The position numbers and the translations under genes are program-made. From contig OX597815.1 in NCBI GenBank assembly GCA_951406725.2, forward strand, positions 213,962,001 through 214,026,000: a stretch of DNA of 64,000 nt. The letters are read 5' to 3'. Shown here piece by piece: positions 43,483 through 57,287 of this stretch (its first letter is position 1; each line of letters opens with the position of its first letter). The notes under the pieces are model-generated. The model saw nothing but the letters and a program-made list of their open reading frames with translations. It was not told the DNA's origin and ran no database searches. The stretch is from Octopus vulgaris. Lineage: Eukaryota.

Positions 43483-44172
43483 GAGGGGTTTATCATAGCA
43501 GCTCAAGATCAATGCCTACCAACAAGAAACTACCAGGCCAACATATTAAAGAACGGCAGTAGCCCAACATGTCGTGTATGCCGACAACAAAATGAAACCA
43601 TTGATCACGTGGTCTCCAAGTGCAGTCTTCTAGCGCCTACAGAGTACCTCAACAGGCATGATAGAGCTGCACAATATATTCACTGGGTAATTTGCAAAAA
43701 CCTGGATTTGCCCCATGAAAAAAACTGGTGGGAACACAATCCACCTCCAGTGCTTGAAAATGACCACATCTCACTCCTCTGGAACTTCACCATTCAAACT
43801 GACAGGAAGATAGATGCAAATAGGCCAGACATCATATTGAAAGACTTCAAACAAAGAACATTCCTCTTCATTGATATGACTGTCCCAATCGATATAAACG
43901 TATCTGTCAAGACCTACCAAAAACTGAGCAAATATAAAGATCTTGAAATAGAAATCAGCAAAATGTGGAAGCTGAAGACTAAAACAATACCTGTTGTCAT
44001 AGGTGCCCTGGGAATGATAGCGAAAGGGACTAATTGCTACCTAACTCAGATACCAGGAAACTCCCAAATGGCATAAATTCAAAAGATAGTGCTCATGGGA
44101 ACTGCTCATATCCTACGCAAAATACTCTCTATGTAATCCCAAGGTTTAAAACAAACTTTTTTTATTTCTTCT

Positions 44173-44205
<33 letters not shown>

Positions 44206-44382
44206 ATTTTATTTTTTATTTTTTTAATTTTATTTTTATGTATTAGACATTCACTAGTACAACACCAAAAAAAAAAAATATATATATATATATGGCACAG
44301 AACTTCCAACCTGTTGTCTCTTGAGGTCTCTGGGTGAGACTTGGAGCCAACTTGTACAGACATAAAGCAAAAGTCAAACATA
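43483..44382 (+). mobile_element. 5'-truncated R4/Dong-like LINE: CCHC zinc knuckle plus RLE endonuclease
   Basis: EGFIIAAQDQCLPTRNY..CRVC..ETIDHVVSKC..RHD..NRPDI..IDMTVP..KLSKYKDL; premature TAA at 44074; natural stop 44134-44136; (TAA)n on both sides. Confidence 0.92.
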
Positions 44383-44434
44383 GAATAATAATAATAATAA
44401 TAATAATAATAGTAATAATAATAATAATGATAAA

Positions 44435-44502
<68 letters not shown>

Positions 44503-44529
44503 GAATATTATCAACATTATCATTATTAT

Positions 44530-44765
44530 GGCGGTGAGCTGGCAAAATCGGTAGCACGCTGGACGAAATGCTTAGTGGTATTTCGTCTGCCGTTACGTTC
44601 TGAGTTCAAATTCCGCCGAGGTCGACTTTGCCTTTCATCCTTTCGTGGTCGATTAAATAAGTACCAGTTACGTACCCGGGGTCGATGTAATCGACTTAAT
44701 CCCTTTGTCTGTCCTTGTTTGTCCACTTTATGTTTAGCCCCTTGTGGAAAGTAAAGAAATAGGTA
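44530..44765 (+). mobile_element. SINE family B, full length (tail type 1)
   Basis: GGCGGTGAGCTGGCAAAA..GAGTTCAAATTCCGCCGAGGTCGACTTTGCCTTTCATCC..AAAGAAAT. Confidence 0.9.
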
Positions 44766-44784
44766 TTTCACCTGTCGCAATGTT

Positions 44785-44925
44785 GGGAGTTCAAATTCCG
44801 CTGAGATCGACTTTGCCTTTCATCCTTTCAGCGTCGATAAATTAAGTACTGGTAAAACACTGAGGTCGATGTAATCGATTATCCCTCTCTTCCAAATTTC
44901 AGGCCTTGTGCCTATAGTAGAAAGG
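44785..44925 (+). mobile_element. SINE family B, 5'-truncated (tail type 2) followed by (TAA)n
   Basis: Tail GGCCTTGTGCCTATAGTAGAAAGGA(TAA)n. Confidence 0.85.
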
Positions 44926-44981
<56 letters not shown>

Positions 44982-45107
44982 CTCCAGGAGATTTGTTGAC
45001 TACTTTTCTGATTCTGTCGAATCCATCGCCAAGAAAGCCATATTAAAAATAAAATCAGAAATAACAGAACTCATTGAAATATGCTCAGATTAATATAGCT
45101 GCTGCTG

Positions 45108-45144
<37 letters not shown>

Positions 45145-45494
45145 CATTCCTTCCGTCTTCTACTTAAGTCTTTTCCCTCCTACCTTCTAACCCTTTGTCT
45201 TTTCTTTGTTTCTATTTCAACCTTTGTATTCATATTTCTTCTCTTTTTAACTATTCTTATATTTTCTCCCCCCCCCCTTTTTTTTTTACCTTGGCAGACA
45301 TTAACATTTTTTCCCCCACGAAATACTAATAGTTATAGACAGCGCTACAGGAAACGTGTTGGCACGATCGGATATATATATATAATAGGCACAGTTTTAT
45401 GAATACGCCCCCCCCCCCCCCATCATACACACACATTTATCTATACATGTTCTCTTCTATTTTTAATTGTTTGAAGCCTTCCTGTAAGGAAGGC

Positions 45495-45820
45495 GATGGT
45501 GTTTCTAACAAAGGTACAAAGCTTCGTCGTTGGAATGCAGACAACAAAAACAGTCTCACAATTTGAACTTAAGTAAAGTCATGCATATTTTTACTGTTTC
45601 GCTTACAGATTGCATTTGTAATGTGCATGTTAGCTGATTGATTTCTTTTTCTGAAGACCTTAGCTCTTCCAGATTTGTCACTGAGGCAACAAAGCAAAAT
45701 ATACCAATTATTATTGGTATAAACTTGAAGGTATGATCTGGGTATAGAATCTGAAGCAGTTGTCCAAACTATCCAGTCTCTTTTTAATTTTCGTAGAGAT
45801 AGTCATACCAGCAGCACAGA
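45495..45820 (-). mobile_element. RLE-type LINE 3' end related to 22940-23405
   Basis: Minus strand LLQILYPDHTFKFIPIIIG...LQMQSVSETVKICMTLLKF. Confidence 0.7.
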
Positions 45821-45866
45821 TGGCCTCTATGACAGTACATGCAAGAAAGGTATGTACTGTCATACA

Positions 45867-46098
45867 GGTCATCTGTGCTGTTGTTGTTGTTGTTAAGCAA
45901 CAAGACGGGTAAGGGGGATTAGGTGATGGCCTAGGGCTTAGGGGCGGGAGACCCCAGACCTAGGAAGAAAAAAAAATTTGGTCGTCTTGTAGTCGAGGGC
46001 TCTTCGTTGACGTCCGACACCACTAGGAGGTGTCCCTCGAAGTCGCTGGAAATGGAGATCTCTAGGTCCAAATTCTTGAACGGCGGTCATCTGTGCTG
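45867..46098 (-). mobile_element. 204-bp retroposed insert with (CAA)n tail and 14-bp TSD
   Basis: GGTCATCTGTGCTG at 45867-45880 and 46085-46098; (TTG)n at the left end. Confidence 0.85.
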
Positions 46099-46824
46099 CT
46101 GATATGACTATTTACACTTCATAGAAGATTGGATGGGAATGTTTTGCCAATATTACCTGTGTCGATGTTTATATATGTATTCAATAGTGGGAGGATTCTT
46201 TGCATTGATCGCAATACAGTATTTTTTCGGGTGGCATTACAGTGTATATTTTTTTAACGACAACGTCAGCTAAGGACGTAGTAACTTGACATTCTTGGGT
46301 AGCTACTGGTCAAGAGATATCTTTCACAGAAATGATACATTATCAACATCTCAGATTGCACTTGGCGCTCGACCTCCTTCGTTATCTCTTTTGTTTCTTT
46401 TGTTTATTGTGTTTAGTTCGTAGCCATCTCTTGCTCTTGGATTGCAAATGCACCCCCTTCAAAGCGTGAAGTGATGTGGCAGTCTGGAGCAAATGAATGG
46501 CTGCACTTCATGTTTGCATGTCTGAAATATGTATGTATTCATGTGTATGTGCATGTGCGTATGTATTATATGCATCTATACGTGTGTATATGTATGTTTA
46601 TGTGTGAATGCACATATAAGCATAGTACATGCATATATATATATATGTATATATATTATGCGTAAATAAAATGTATAATTTTCTCTGCACACACATACAC
46701 ACATATATATATACATGCACGTATACAGTTATATGTATTCATATACACGTTTATACATACGTACATTATATATATATATATGTGTGTATGTATGTATTTT
46801 GTTTTTTGTAAACAACTATATATG

Positions 46825-46857
<33 letters not shown>

Positions 46858-46879
46858 GAATTTACAAAAAACAAAAGCC

Positions 46880-46914
<35 letters not shown>

Positions 46915-47857
46915 TGTATGTATGTATGTATGTATATATATAAATTTTTATATATCCATACACATATATGCATATATTGTGTAAGCACATATGTACATGT
47001 ATATCTGTGAGTGTCTGTGCAGATATATAACATTATTAAAACAACGACTGTAATACGAACAAAATGAAGAACAAAATCAGAATGCACGAAAAGAAAAAAT
47101 TTGTCTGGCACAATAACTTTGATGAAAAAGCTTCCGTCGCTGCCCACCGGCGGCGCGAGTGTTGTCTCTCAGATGTTGATTGCGTTTGATGATGAGAGTG
47201 GCGCCACTAGAGCTGTGGCAGACCGAGATCATAATGATGACAATAACGATAAGAATAATGAGAAGAGAGGATGAGTATGAGGATGAGAATGAGGGAGAGG
47301 AAGAAGTTTGAAGGAAAAAAAACTGAAGGGAGGTGGAAAACAAGGAAACAGATTATCATCATTTTTACCATCATTATTAATCGTCGCCATTGTCGATCAC
47401 CACCACCACCTTCTCCCCCTCCTCCCGCTTCTTCTTCGTCGTCGTCATCGTCGCTGTTATTATCGTCTTCATCATAATCGTGATGACAACGATGACAAGG
47501 AAGAATTATTTGCAGGAACTACTTACTTGTGATTCCTGTGTATATCCATGTAGAGATGCGAGAACAAATAATAATAATAATAATAATGATAATAATAATA
47601 ATAGAAATATATATAAATAAGTAATAAAGAGAAAATGCTTGAACAACGAAGAGTAAACGCTGTGATTTGCTGTTCACTTTTTGGTTTTTGTCTTTTTTAA
47701 CCTTGATTTTCTTGTGACATTATTTGGATTATCCAGTACGTTGCTAATGCATTCTGTCCGGATTGTGATGGATTTAGCTATATCCCTTTGCGTAACAACG
47801 GTTTTGTATTTCAACGTACACATATTTCCTACTTGCTTTACTTAAGAAAGATGTAAC

Positions 47858-47888
<31 letters not shown>

Positions 47889-48162
47889 TTGATTGTGTTG
47901 TCGTTGTTGTTGTTGTTGGTGGTGGTGATGATGATGACGACAACGGCGATGATAACTACGCGAATGTCATGACGATGCTGGTGATGGTGGTTGTATGAGG
48001 TGAGTGAGTTTTGGTAACGGTATTTTTCTTGGGGGTACCTAGGACTACGCCATCTAATTTCTAAGTTTTGGTGGGGTAGGGATTCTGAAAGGATTCGCCG
48101 AAACTTTAGTAGATATATACTAACGAATGGACGTCATGAAATACACAAGTATGGTTAATATA

Positions 48163-48396
48163 TATTTCTTTACTACCCCAAAAGGGCTAAACATAGAGGG
48201 GACAAACAAGAACAGACAAAGGGATTAAGTCGATTACATCGACCCCAGTGCGAAACTGGTACTTAATTTATCGACCCCAAAAGGATGAAAGGCAAAATCG
48301 ACCTCGGCGGAAATTGAACTCAGAACGTAAAGACAGACGAAATACCGCTAAGCATTTCCCCCGGCGCGCTAACGTTTCTGCCAGCTCGCCGCCTTT
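48163..48396 (-). mobile_element. SINE family B, full length, with 15-bp TSD
   Basis: TSD AGTATGGTTAATATA at 48148-48162 and 48397-48411. Confidence 0.93.
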
Positions 48397-49012
48397 AGTA
48401 TGGTTAATATAACTAAACAAGGAATAGTGCCTTGGGAGCTCTTCTCATATGGGTGCATTGGTGCATAAAAGCCCACTCGCAGATCATAGCAGACGAAATC
48501 CGCCGGAATTTCCATATCACGTAATTTCGGTCTCTTGGAGCTCATCAGTCAAATATCGCTGTCACAATATAAAGAATATCAGCATTTTTTCAGAAGCTGG
48601 TGTCGCAAATAAGCAGCAGGCTTATTTAAAAATTAATTATTAGTAACGGAAGTGGTACTGATTCTAAGCTTCTAAGTTGTTAATAATTGATTTTTAAAGA
48701 AGGAACGTTTTCTTTTAAATACTTGTTTCTAAACATTTGTATTTCAAACTTTGGAGGTGAACTTGCCATACAGATGATTTGATCTGAGATCATGTGTTGA
48801 AACTAAAACGGTTGCAATGTGAATGACACATATTAGCCATTCATAAACACATAAAGACTGTTGACTTCACATAAACAATTTTTATTAGGTGTCAAAATTT
48901 CCGAGCTGCGACCTGGTCACTCACAAGATTATTCTGCATTGCAATCATGTCAGTAATCAGGTAGGAGTTGATGCGTATTTTACACGGGCGGACCCTCATA
49001 GCCATTTATGAA

Positions 49013-49265
49013 AGCGCGTGGTTTAACGATCAGAGTGTTGAACCCATGATCGTAAGATTGTGGTTTCGATTCCTGTACCGGACGACGCGTTGTGTTCTTG
49101 AGCAAGACACTTCATTTAACGTTGCTTCAGTCCACTCAGCTGGCAAAATTGAGTAAACCCGCGACGGACTGGCCTCCCGTTCAGGTGGAGAATCTATATG
49201 CTATGAAACCGGGAAACTGGCCCTTATGAGTCAGCATGAATCGAGAAGGTAACTTTATCTTACCT
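49013..49265 (+). mobile_element. tRNA-SINE with CORE-like and V-domain-like segments (family D)
   Basis: TTCGATTCC B box; CTTGAGCAAGACACTT..CCACTCAGCTG; CCGCGACGGACTGGCCTCCCGTTCAGG. Confidence 0.65.
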
Positions 49266-49723
49266 GACTTTACCATGGCCATTCGATGCTTAAAACATCT
49301 TATAGCTTTATCATAAAATATTATTAGGAATTATATTTTTAAAAATCATTGAAATATTTTGTGTATTGTAAAAGTATAACCAGTTTTTTGCACATCAACT
49401 TTAACGATAAAATCGAATACGGACCCCTAAATGTCATATGGATCCCGTTAAGAAACCCTGCTCTATACTTTCACTCGGATTGCTAAAAATAGCAAGTGAA
49501 TTTCTTTCCAGTTATACCTTACCGAATTAAAAAGCAAAAGGAAGGCGCATATAAGTCATGCAATCTTGCCATTAATATAAAAAGAAACAGCATTGGTGGA
49601 GATGGAAGACAGTGGAAGTTCTTCAGTGATAGATCTGTTCACTTTGTGGGGCAAGACAAGAATAGGCACATTAACAAAACAATTATACACGCGCGCGCAG
49701 ATACGGAGTTAGGTCTCACCTGA

Positions 49724-49950
49724 CACAGGGGCGTGCTGAGGAGTTCCTGGCTTTAAGGGTGTCACGAAAGGCCTTCTTGGAGACCCAACCTTCTAAGTTA
49801 CTTTATAAGGTTTAGAAAAAAAAACTAACGGGTCGCTGCAATAAGTGTGTGAATCTGAGAGGGTAACATGTTGAATAAAATCCTAATTAAGGGATCCTCC
49901 TGTATTTTCTCTTACTCAAAACCAGGAACTTTTCAGCCCCACCCCTCATA
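49724..49950 (+). mobile_element. Mariner-derived MITE
   Basis: TIRs as in 23518-23738; internal RCNKCVNLRG*HVE* resembles a mariner C-terminus. Confidence 0.8.
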
Positions 49951-49999
49951 TATATATAGACACGTGATTAAAAACACGCACAGCTACATGGTTGCACTC

Positions 50000-50745
50000 A
50001 AGAAAACACACGCAAACACGAAATCAAACGGATATGCACTCATATAACATACATACATACTTGCAAGCATACACATGCACACACACTCACACACATTTAC
50101 ACACTTGGACACTCACACAGATACACGCGCTTGGACACACACACATGCGTGGACGGACACACACACACCAGCATAAAGACAAACATGCACACACACGCTC
50201 ACAGACTAACACTCCCGAGCACACAAACATATACACATAAACATCCACACACATATGGATACATATACACACATGGATACACACATAGATACACACATAC
50301 ACACACACAAAAGCACACAAACAAATATACTCACACACACGCACACAGGCAAGCACACACAAGCACAGAGACAAATATACACACACAGAAACAAATTTAC
50401 TTTCACTTATTCAGGAACACACACATACACATACATACATACATACACACATACACACATACACACATACATACATACATACACACATACATACATACAC
50501 ACATACATACATACACACATACATACATACATACATACATGCATACATACATACATACATACATACATACACACATACATACATACACACATACATACAT
50601 ACATACATACATACACACATACATACATACATACATTCATACATACATACACACATACATACATACACACATACATACATACACACATACATACATACAT
50701 ACATGCATACATACATACATACATACATACATACACACGTACACT
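50000..50745. repeat. Degenerate (CA)n and (TACA)n microsatellite
   Basis: Directly visible. Confidence 0.95.
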
Positions 50746-51116
50746 CACGTAGTTTTTACTCACGATCGCACAGATATGCCTAAAACCACAAACAGACTTT
50801 CACTCAGATAACCACACACACATTTACACTCACGCTCAGAAAAGCACTTACATACACATATACACACATATACGTGCGCAACAACACTGTCATATACATT
50901 CAAGTGTACGCTGACTCCTTCACACTCTCACACACAATCACTCATAAAAACGGTAACTGGTCGTCCGTCTCAAACCTGACAAGACGTTTGTCGACACCAG
51001 ATGTGATGGAACGACTGGAAGTCTTCCCGATTCAAGACACAGTTCTTACACAACCACACACAGAAAACGAAACAGACGGAAAGGAAGAGAAAAGAAGAGA
51101 GAGTCAGAGACAGACA

Positions 51117-51147
<31 letters not shown>

Positions 51148-51345
51148 GGGAGGGGGGAGGGAGTGCATGGTTGGACAGTCGGATTAATGGTTGAAACCGT
51201 AAAATGCATCCGCGCAGCACACATGAATGTTTGTTGCGCGTACTTGTGGATGTGAAGTGACAATGTGCATGGATGTGTGTGTATATGCGCGTCTGTGTCT
51301 GTGCGTACATATATGTATAGTTGTGTAAACGTGTGTGCGTGCGCG

Positions 51346-51393
<48 letters not shown>

Positions 51394-51419
51394 CTTCTTT
51401 GCCTTGATTTAATCTATAT

Positions 51420-51833
51420 ATCTTTTACTTGCTTTATCCATTCGACTGCTGCCATGCTGGGGCAACGCCTTGAATTTTTAGTCGAATGAATCGACTGCAG
51501 GACTTACTATATTTTTTTCTTAAACCTGGTACTTATTCTATCGGTCTCTTTGCGGAACCACAAAGTTACGGGGACGTAAACACACCAACACCATTTGTCT
51601 AGCGGTGGGGTGGGGGTGGGGAAAGAAACACAGACACAAAGACGCATACAAATGGAAACAAATTTATAGACATATATACGACCGTTTCTGTCTACCAAAT
51701 TCACTCATGAGGCTATAGTAGAAAACATGCCCAAGGTGCCACACAGAAGGACTGAATGCGGAACCATGGTTGGGAAGCAAGCTTCATACCACAGAGCCAC
51801 TCCTACGCCTATCCACACAGCCACGCCTGCGCC
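51420..51833 (-). mobile_element. SINE family A (deleted body, duplicated head tip)
   Basis: CACAGAGCCACTCCTACGCC followed by CACACAGCCACGCCTGCGCC. Confidence 0.85.
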
Positions 51834-52280
51834 TATATATGTATAGCTTTGATATGTCTTCAAATTCATGTAGAGTGGCTCCACCAATGTCATTAATGAT
51901 GATGAGTAGTCTTTGTGTATGAGTAATCTTCGTCTTCGATTAGGTTGCCGAAGCCTTTGAAATATGGCACTTGATATGGCTCGCTATTCAACACGATAGC
52001 ATTGGCCAGGAAAGCGTCCCTTGCATTGAGTGGATGTGATAATACGGCATGCAATTTCAATAAATTTATAAGAGATGAGAATGCCATTATGCCGATGATC
52101 ACACAGATAGAAACACTTGCCCACAGTTACTGTCCAAAACGAAAATCAGATTGTTGCCTCTCTTCGCATATTAATTTTTTGAGACTTCCTTCTCACATTT
52201 AAAAATTATCTCTCCATCTTATTCGGAGCAGTCAACAATTATCTCTGACTGCGAAATAATTTTGATAAATGAAGAAAGTA

Positions 52281-52485
52281 AGGCGGTGAGTTGGTAGAAT
52301 ACTTAGCACACCGAGCAAAATGCTTTTGCGGCGTTTCGTCCGTCTTAACGTTCTGAGTTCAAATTCCGCCGAGATCGGCTTTGCCTTTCATCCTTCTGAG
52401 GTCGATAAAATAAGTACCAGTTGAACACTGGGATCAATGTAATCGACTCCCCCTCCCCTTAAACTTGCCAAAATTTGAAACCAAT
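52281..52485 (+). mobile_element. SINE family B
   Basis: Head, central GCCTTTCATCC domain, imperfect TSD ATAAATNANGAAAGT. Confidence 0.85.
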
Positions 52486-53191
52486 AAATTAGGAAAGTTT
52501 TATGCATTTAATACATTTACCACCAATTTTGTTATCAAATTTATGCTAAAAAATATCATTAAAAAAAATAAAGCAACCAATAGGTCGGAGAAGAATCTGA
52601 AAAATAAACATCCTTAACTAAGCAAAAAAGAAAGAGCATAAAAGTGAACAAAACTAGAATAAGACTAGAATAAACATCTACAGGCAACACCTTAATCGAA
52701 ACAACGCAGTAAAATGGACATCAGAGACAAATAAATAGAAGAAACAGGCATAAAATGTTAGAAGCTGACAGCGATGAGTAAAAAGAGTTGATAGCATTTC
52801 TCGAATTACGATCGTTGTGGCGTGAAACTCAAGTTTTAAGAAAGCAATTCTCGTTAAGTTAACCAGCAATGAATTAAATACACCCTCCCTCATAAGTTGA
52901 CTATATAATTGTATATAGTTTATATGTGAATGTGCATGTATGTGCACACACTTGCGCACGTGCATGTGTATGTATGCATGCATGAGTGTGCGCATCATAC
53001 ACACACACATATATTTATGCATGTATGATGAACACATACGTATATACATACACAGATACAGATACACCTATAAATATATAAACTACTTTTGACAATATAT
53101 CTGACAAAATAGGTTTGTCCTACAAAGCCTACGAAAGTCGTATGAAGCTGAGCTAAAATGTTATTAAAAGATATATGTGTATACACACATA

Positions 53192-53233
<42 letters not shown>

Positions 53234-53241
<8 letters not shown>

Positions 53242-53353
53242 TTATAATAAAGGGTTAATTGCAACAAGTTGCTCAAAACCACATACTGAAAATATTTTCG
53301 GTATGTGGTTTTGAGCAACTTGTTGCAATTAACCCTTTATTATAATTAATATA
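53234..53353. repeat. 120-bp spacerless palindrome inside (TA)n
   Basis: Centre GAAAAT|ATTTTC; single T/G mismatch (53287/53300). Confidence 0.97.
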
Positions 53354-53442
53354 ATCCTTACCAAATATGGTCTTTTCCAAACCGATAAAACTACTAGGTG
53401 AAATTTATTAATTTTATTAAATTAATTATATTTCACCCTTTA

Positions 53443-53492
<50 letters not shown>

Positions 53493-53596
53493 CACTCGCG
53501 CGCACACAAACACACACATATATAAATATATGTATATGTGTATCTCTCTCTCTCTCTCTCTCTCTCTCCCTATCTATCTATCTATCTATCCATATA

Positions 53597-53717
<121 letters not shown>

Positions 53718-54604
53718 GTATGTATGTATGTATGAGTATGAATGTATGCACTCACTCATATTCACAGGTTTGGCTGCGAATTTAGTACTTTACTGTCATC
53801 CACGTGGTTGTCCACGTGGTTTTGTATTTGATCTCAATGAGTGACACATTTGTCAATTATAGTCTTATTCATTCGTAAAGTAAACCATGTCAGCAGAGCA
53901 AACCAAATTGGCAAGTTCAATGAATAAAGATGCTATTTTTTTCAAAACAAGAATAAATACAGGCCGTCAGTGTCTCTTGTTATTTATTTCGCCATCCTCA
54001 GCGAAGCGTATCCTTCACTTCATTTACCATCTTATTTAATGAATGAATGCAAAGCACATTCCAGGTCTGTTGACAGAAGACTAAGGACCGATCCTTCTAA
54101 GAGTAGCTGATTACCTTTTCAGCGAATCCACCTACACCCTTCATCATCATTAAATCAGGGAACGAATTAATGTGCTTCAGTAGTGAGTATTTCGTGCCAA
54201 GCAAATTTCTTTCAGATGTTTATGAACGCTAAATGGGAAAACCTGATTGCTTCTTAGAACACTTTGTTCTGTAGTTTATCTTCGTGACATATATCTTCTC
54301 AAGCGGAACTATGAAAAGCTACTCAACAAAAACAAACAAGATAAAGCAGCAGAACCAGCAACGATCCGGTGAGTAACCTCCGCATTAGGAGCCTCCCAAA
54401 CCGGGGTATGCAAGGGAAATAACAAGGTACTCGAGATTTTGTACAAAAACAAAAACAAACAAAAAATCGTAGAATTCTGAAATAATAACAAACAACTGGT
54501 TTTCAATGGCATACATTAAGATTTGGTAAAAAGTATTTAAAAGATGTTCTAGAACGAATATGTTCTATGAAAGTTTCGACTTCCTAATATAGTACACGCT
54601 TCTG

Positions 54605-54691
54605 TTTTGCAATATTTTGCAATATATTCTTTTGCAATATATTCTTTACAACCATTTTGCAATATATTCTTTTGCAATATATTCTTTACAA
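54605..54691. repeat. Short tandem duplication of TTTTGCAATATATTC units
   Basis: Directly visible. Confidence 0.85.
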
Positions 54692-55970
54692 GAGATACGT
54701 CAACTTTGCTGGACGAATGGGTACGCGGAATGAAAACATTTGCGAGTCCCTGTTCTATATGGTCACATGACTTGCTTAAATCAGAAGAAAACTAAATCTC
54801 CTTTAACTCAGATCATACGTTCCAAACACCTCCAACCATACTGGATATCAAAATCCTTGGTAATTTTTCGAAAGCCGCCGTGCTTGTTAAAGGAAAGTCA
54901 TATTGGGTAACGTCATCTCCAGGAAACAGTTCTCAAAAATAGAAATAAAACGAATTAGTATCGCAGCTGAAGCGTGTCTGTTCATTTGTTCGCTCGATCA
55001 GGAATGCTCCAGAACCAAACAATAGGAACCTCAATCTACAAAACAATCTTTAAATGAAATAGAATACAATAATAAAATTTTCTAAATTTTCTTTTTCTAG
55101 TTTTATATTTTAGTTTCACTAAAGTTTTGATAAAAACATAAAAAGGCTAGGGTACAAGGAAACAGAATGGAATTTATTTAAGATTCGAGCAATTCTTCTC
55201 ATTTGGTCAGAAGATAAATTGGGACAACGCTGCTCTAATTAAGCATAACATTATGTTCCAAATAATGAATTTTGCTTTCATTTCTCGCAAAACAGGGACA
55301 ACTTTTATCACACTCATTTTCTCATCTCGAGAACCATTTTATTCTAAGAACAGGTTAAAGAAATATGATAAAAAGAACAAAAACAAAAAAGGAGTTTGTA
55401 TAAAACAAAATATCACAATTAGTGACATCTGGCGACCATATTGAATCCATCTTTTTAAAACTGTAACAATATGAGAAAAAGAGGTATTAATTTTTATACA
55501 TTAAGAATGTTCAGCACAGACAGAAATTCAGACTACATTAAAAACATACATTATTATGCTTACGTAATTCTTTGAAGAAACTTTTGTGCATCTATGCAAA
55601 ATATTTTTCTCGGTTGTATATGTTTATATATGTTTATATATGTTTATATGTACCCATTGATAAAAGAATAGCCATGTAATGACAACATTTCTGTTTTTAT
55701 AGATATTTTTCATAACTGTGTCTACTAATGATTCTGTATAGTTACGAGAGCATGTGCAGATATGTGTGTACTAATACACTTTGTGTATGCATGTGTGTGC
55801 GTGTGTAATTATGTGAGTATATATATATATATATACTCACATAAATACACACATATACTATATATATAGTTTATATATATATAGTATATATATAGTATAT
55901 ATATATATGCGTGTGTGTGTGTATGTGTATTTATATGAGTATATATATATATATATATACACTCATACAT

Positions 55971-56064
<94 letters not shown>

Positions 56065-56147
56065 TTTGTGTGTATATCACTGTTTGAGTTGCCTAATAGT
56101 GATTTTATCTCTAATTTAATTTATATATATATATATATATATATGCA

Positions 56148-56190
<43 letters not shown>

Positions 56191-56648
56191 TTCATAGACA
56201 CACATATATAACTCTCTCTGTATATACATGTGTGTATATATATATGTATATATATATGCATATATATATATAGGTATGTATATATACTCACACACATAAG
56301 TCGACTACCTTTCCATCAATTTAAGATTCCTGCTGGAGCGGCATATCAAAGAACTGATTTGCACAAGCACGCACATACACACACATACACAAACGCACAC
56401 ACGCGCACACAAACACACACACGCACACACATGCACACGAACGCGTATGTATGTGTATAATTATGTGTGTGCATATGTATGCATCTATGTATGTAGATAC
56501 GTCCGCACGTACGCACCTACATACATCTGTAGCTATCTATCTGTGAAAGTGTATGCAAATGCCTGAATGACTACCAGTGTGTGTTTGTATGCATGTGTGC
56601 GTGTGTACGTGCGTGCGTATATGCAAGTGTATATACGTGTATGTATGA

Positions 56649-56679
<31 letters not shown>

Positions 56680-56909
56680 ATCATATGTATGTCTCTGTGA
56701 AGAGTGAGAAAAGGTGTGTAGTTTATTTTCATAATCAATTTGCGTTTCCACCTAAACGACACCATTTTACTGTGATTTTCTCTAAAATCCATATCTGTAG
56801 GCTTGAAACATTTACAGTTGTTGTTATCCCCTAAGGTCAGTCCTGATAGAATAGATCTATGACGAAAGCTTTCTAGCCGTGGCCATCCATCTTTATATAT
56901 ATATATATA

Positions 56910-57287
56910 CTCTCTTTACTCTTTTACTAGTTTCAGTCATTTGACTACGGCCATGCTGAAGCACCGCCTTTAGTCGAGCAAATCGACCCCAGGACTTATT
57001 CTTTAGAAGCCTAGTACTTATTCTATCGGTCTCTTTTTGCCGAACCGCTAAGTTACGAAGACGTAAACACACCAGCATCGGTTGTCAAGCGGTGTTGGTG
57101 GACAAACACAGGCACACAAACATATACACGCACATACATATATATAAACATATATACGACAGGCTTCTTTCAGTTTCCGTCTATCAAATCCACTCATAAG
57201 GCTTTGGTCGGCCCGAGGCTATAGTAGAAGACACTTGCCCAAAGTGCCACGCAGTGGGACTGAACCAAGAACCAAGTTGGTAAGCAG
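56910..57287 (-). mobile_element. SINE family A
   Basis: High identity to 42040-42448. Confidence 0.92.
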
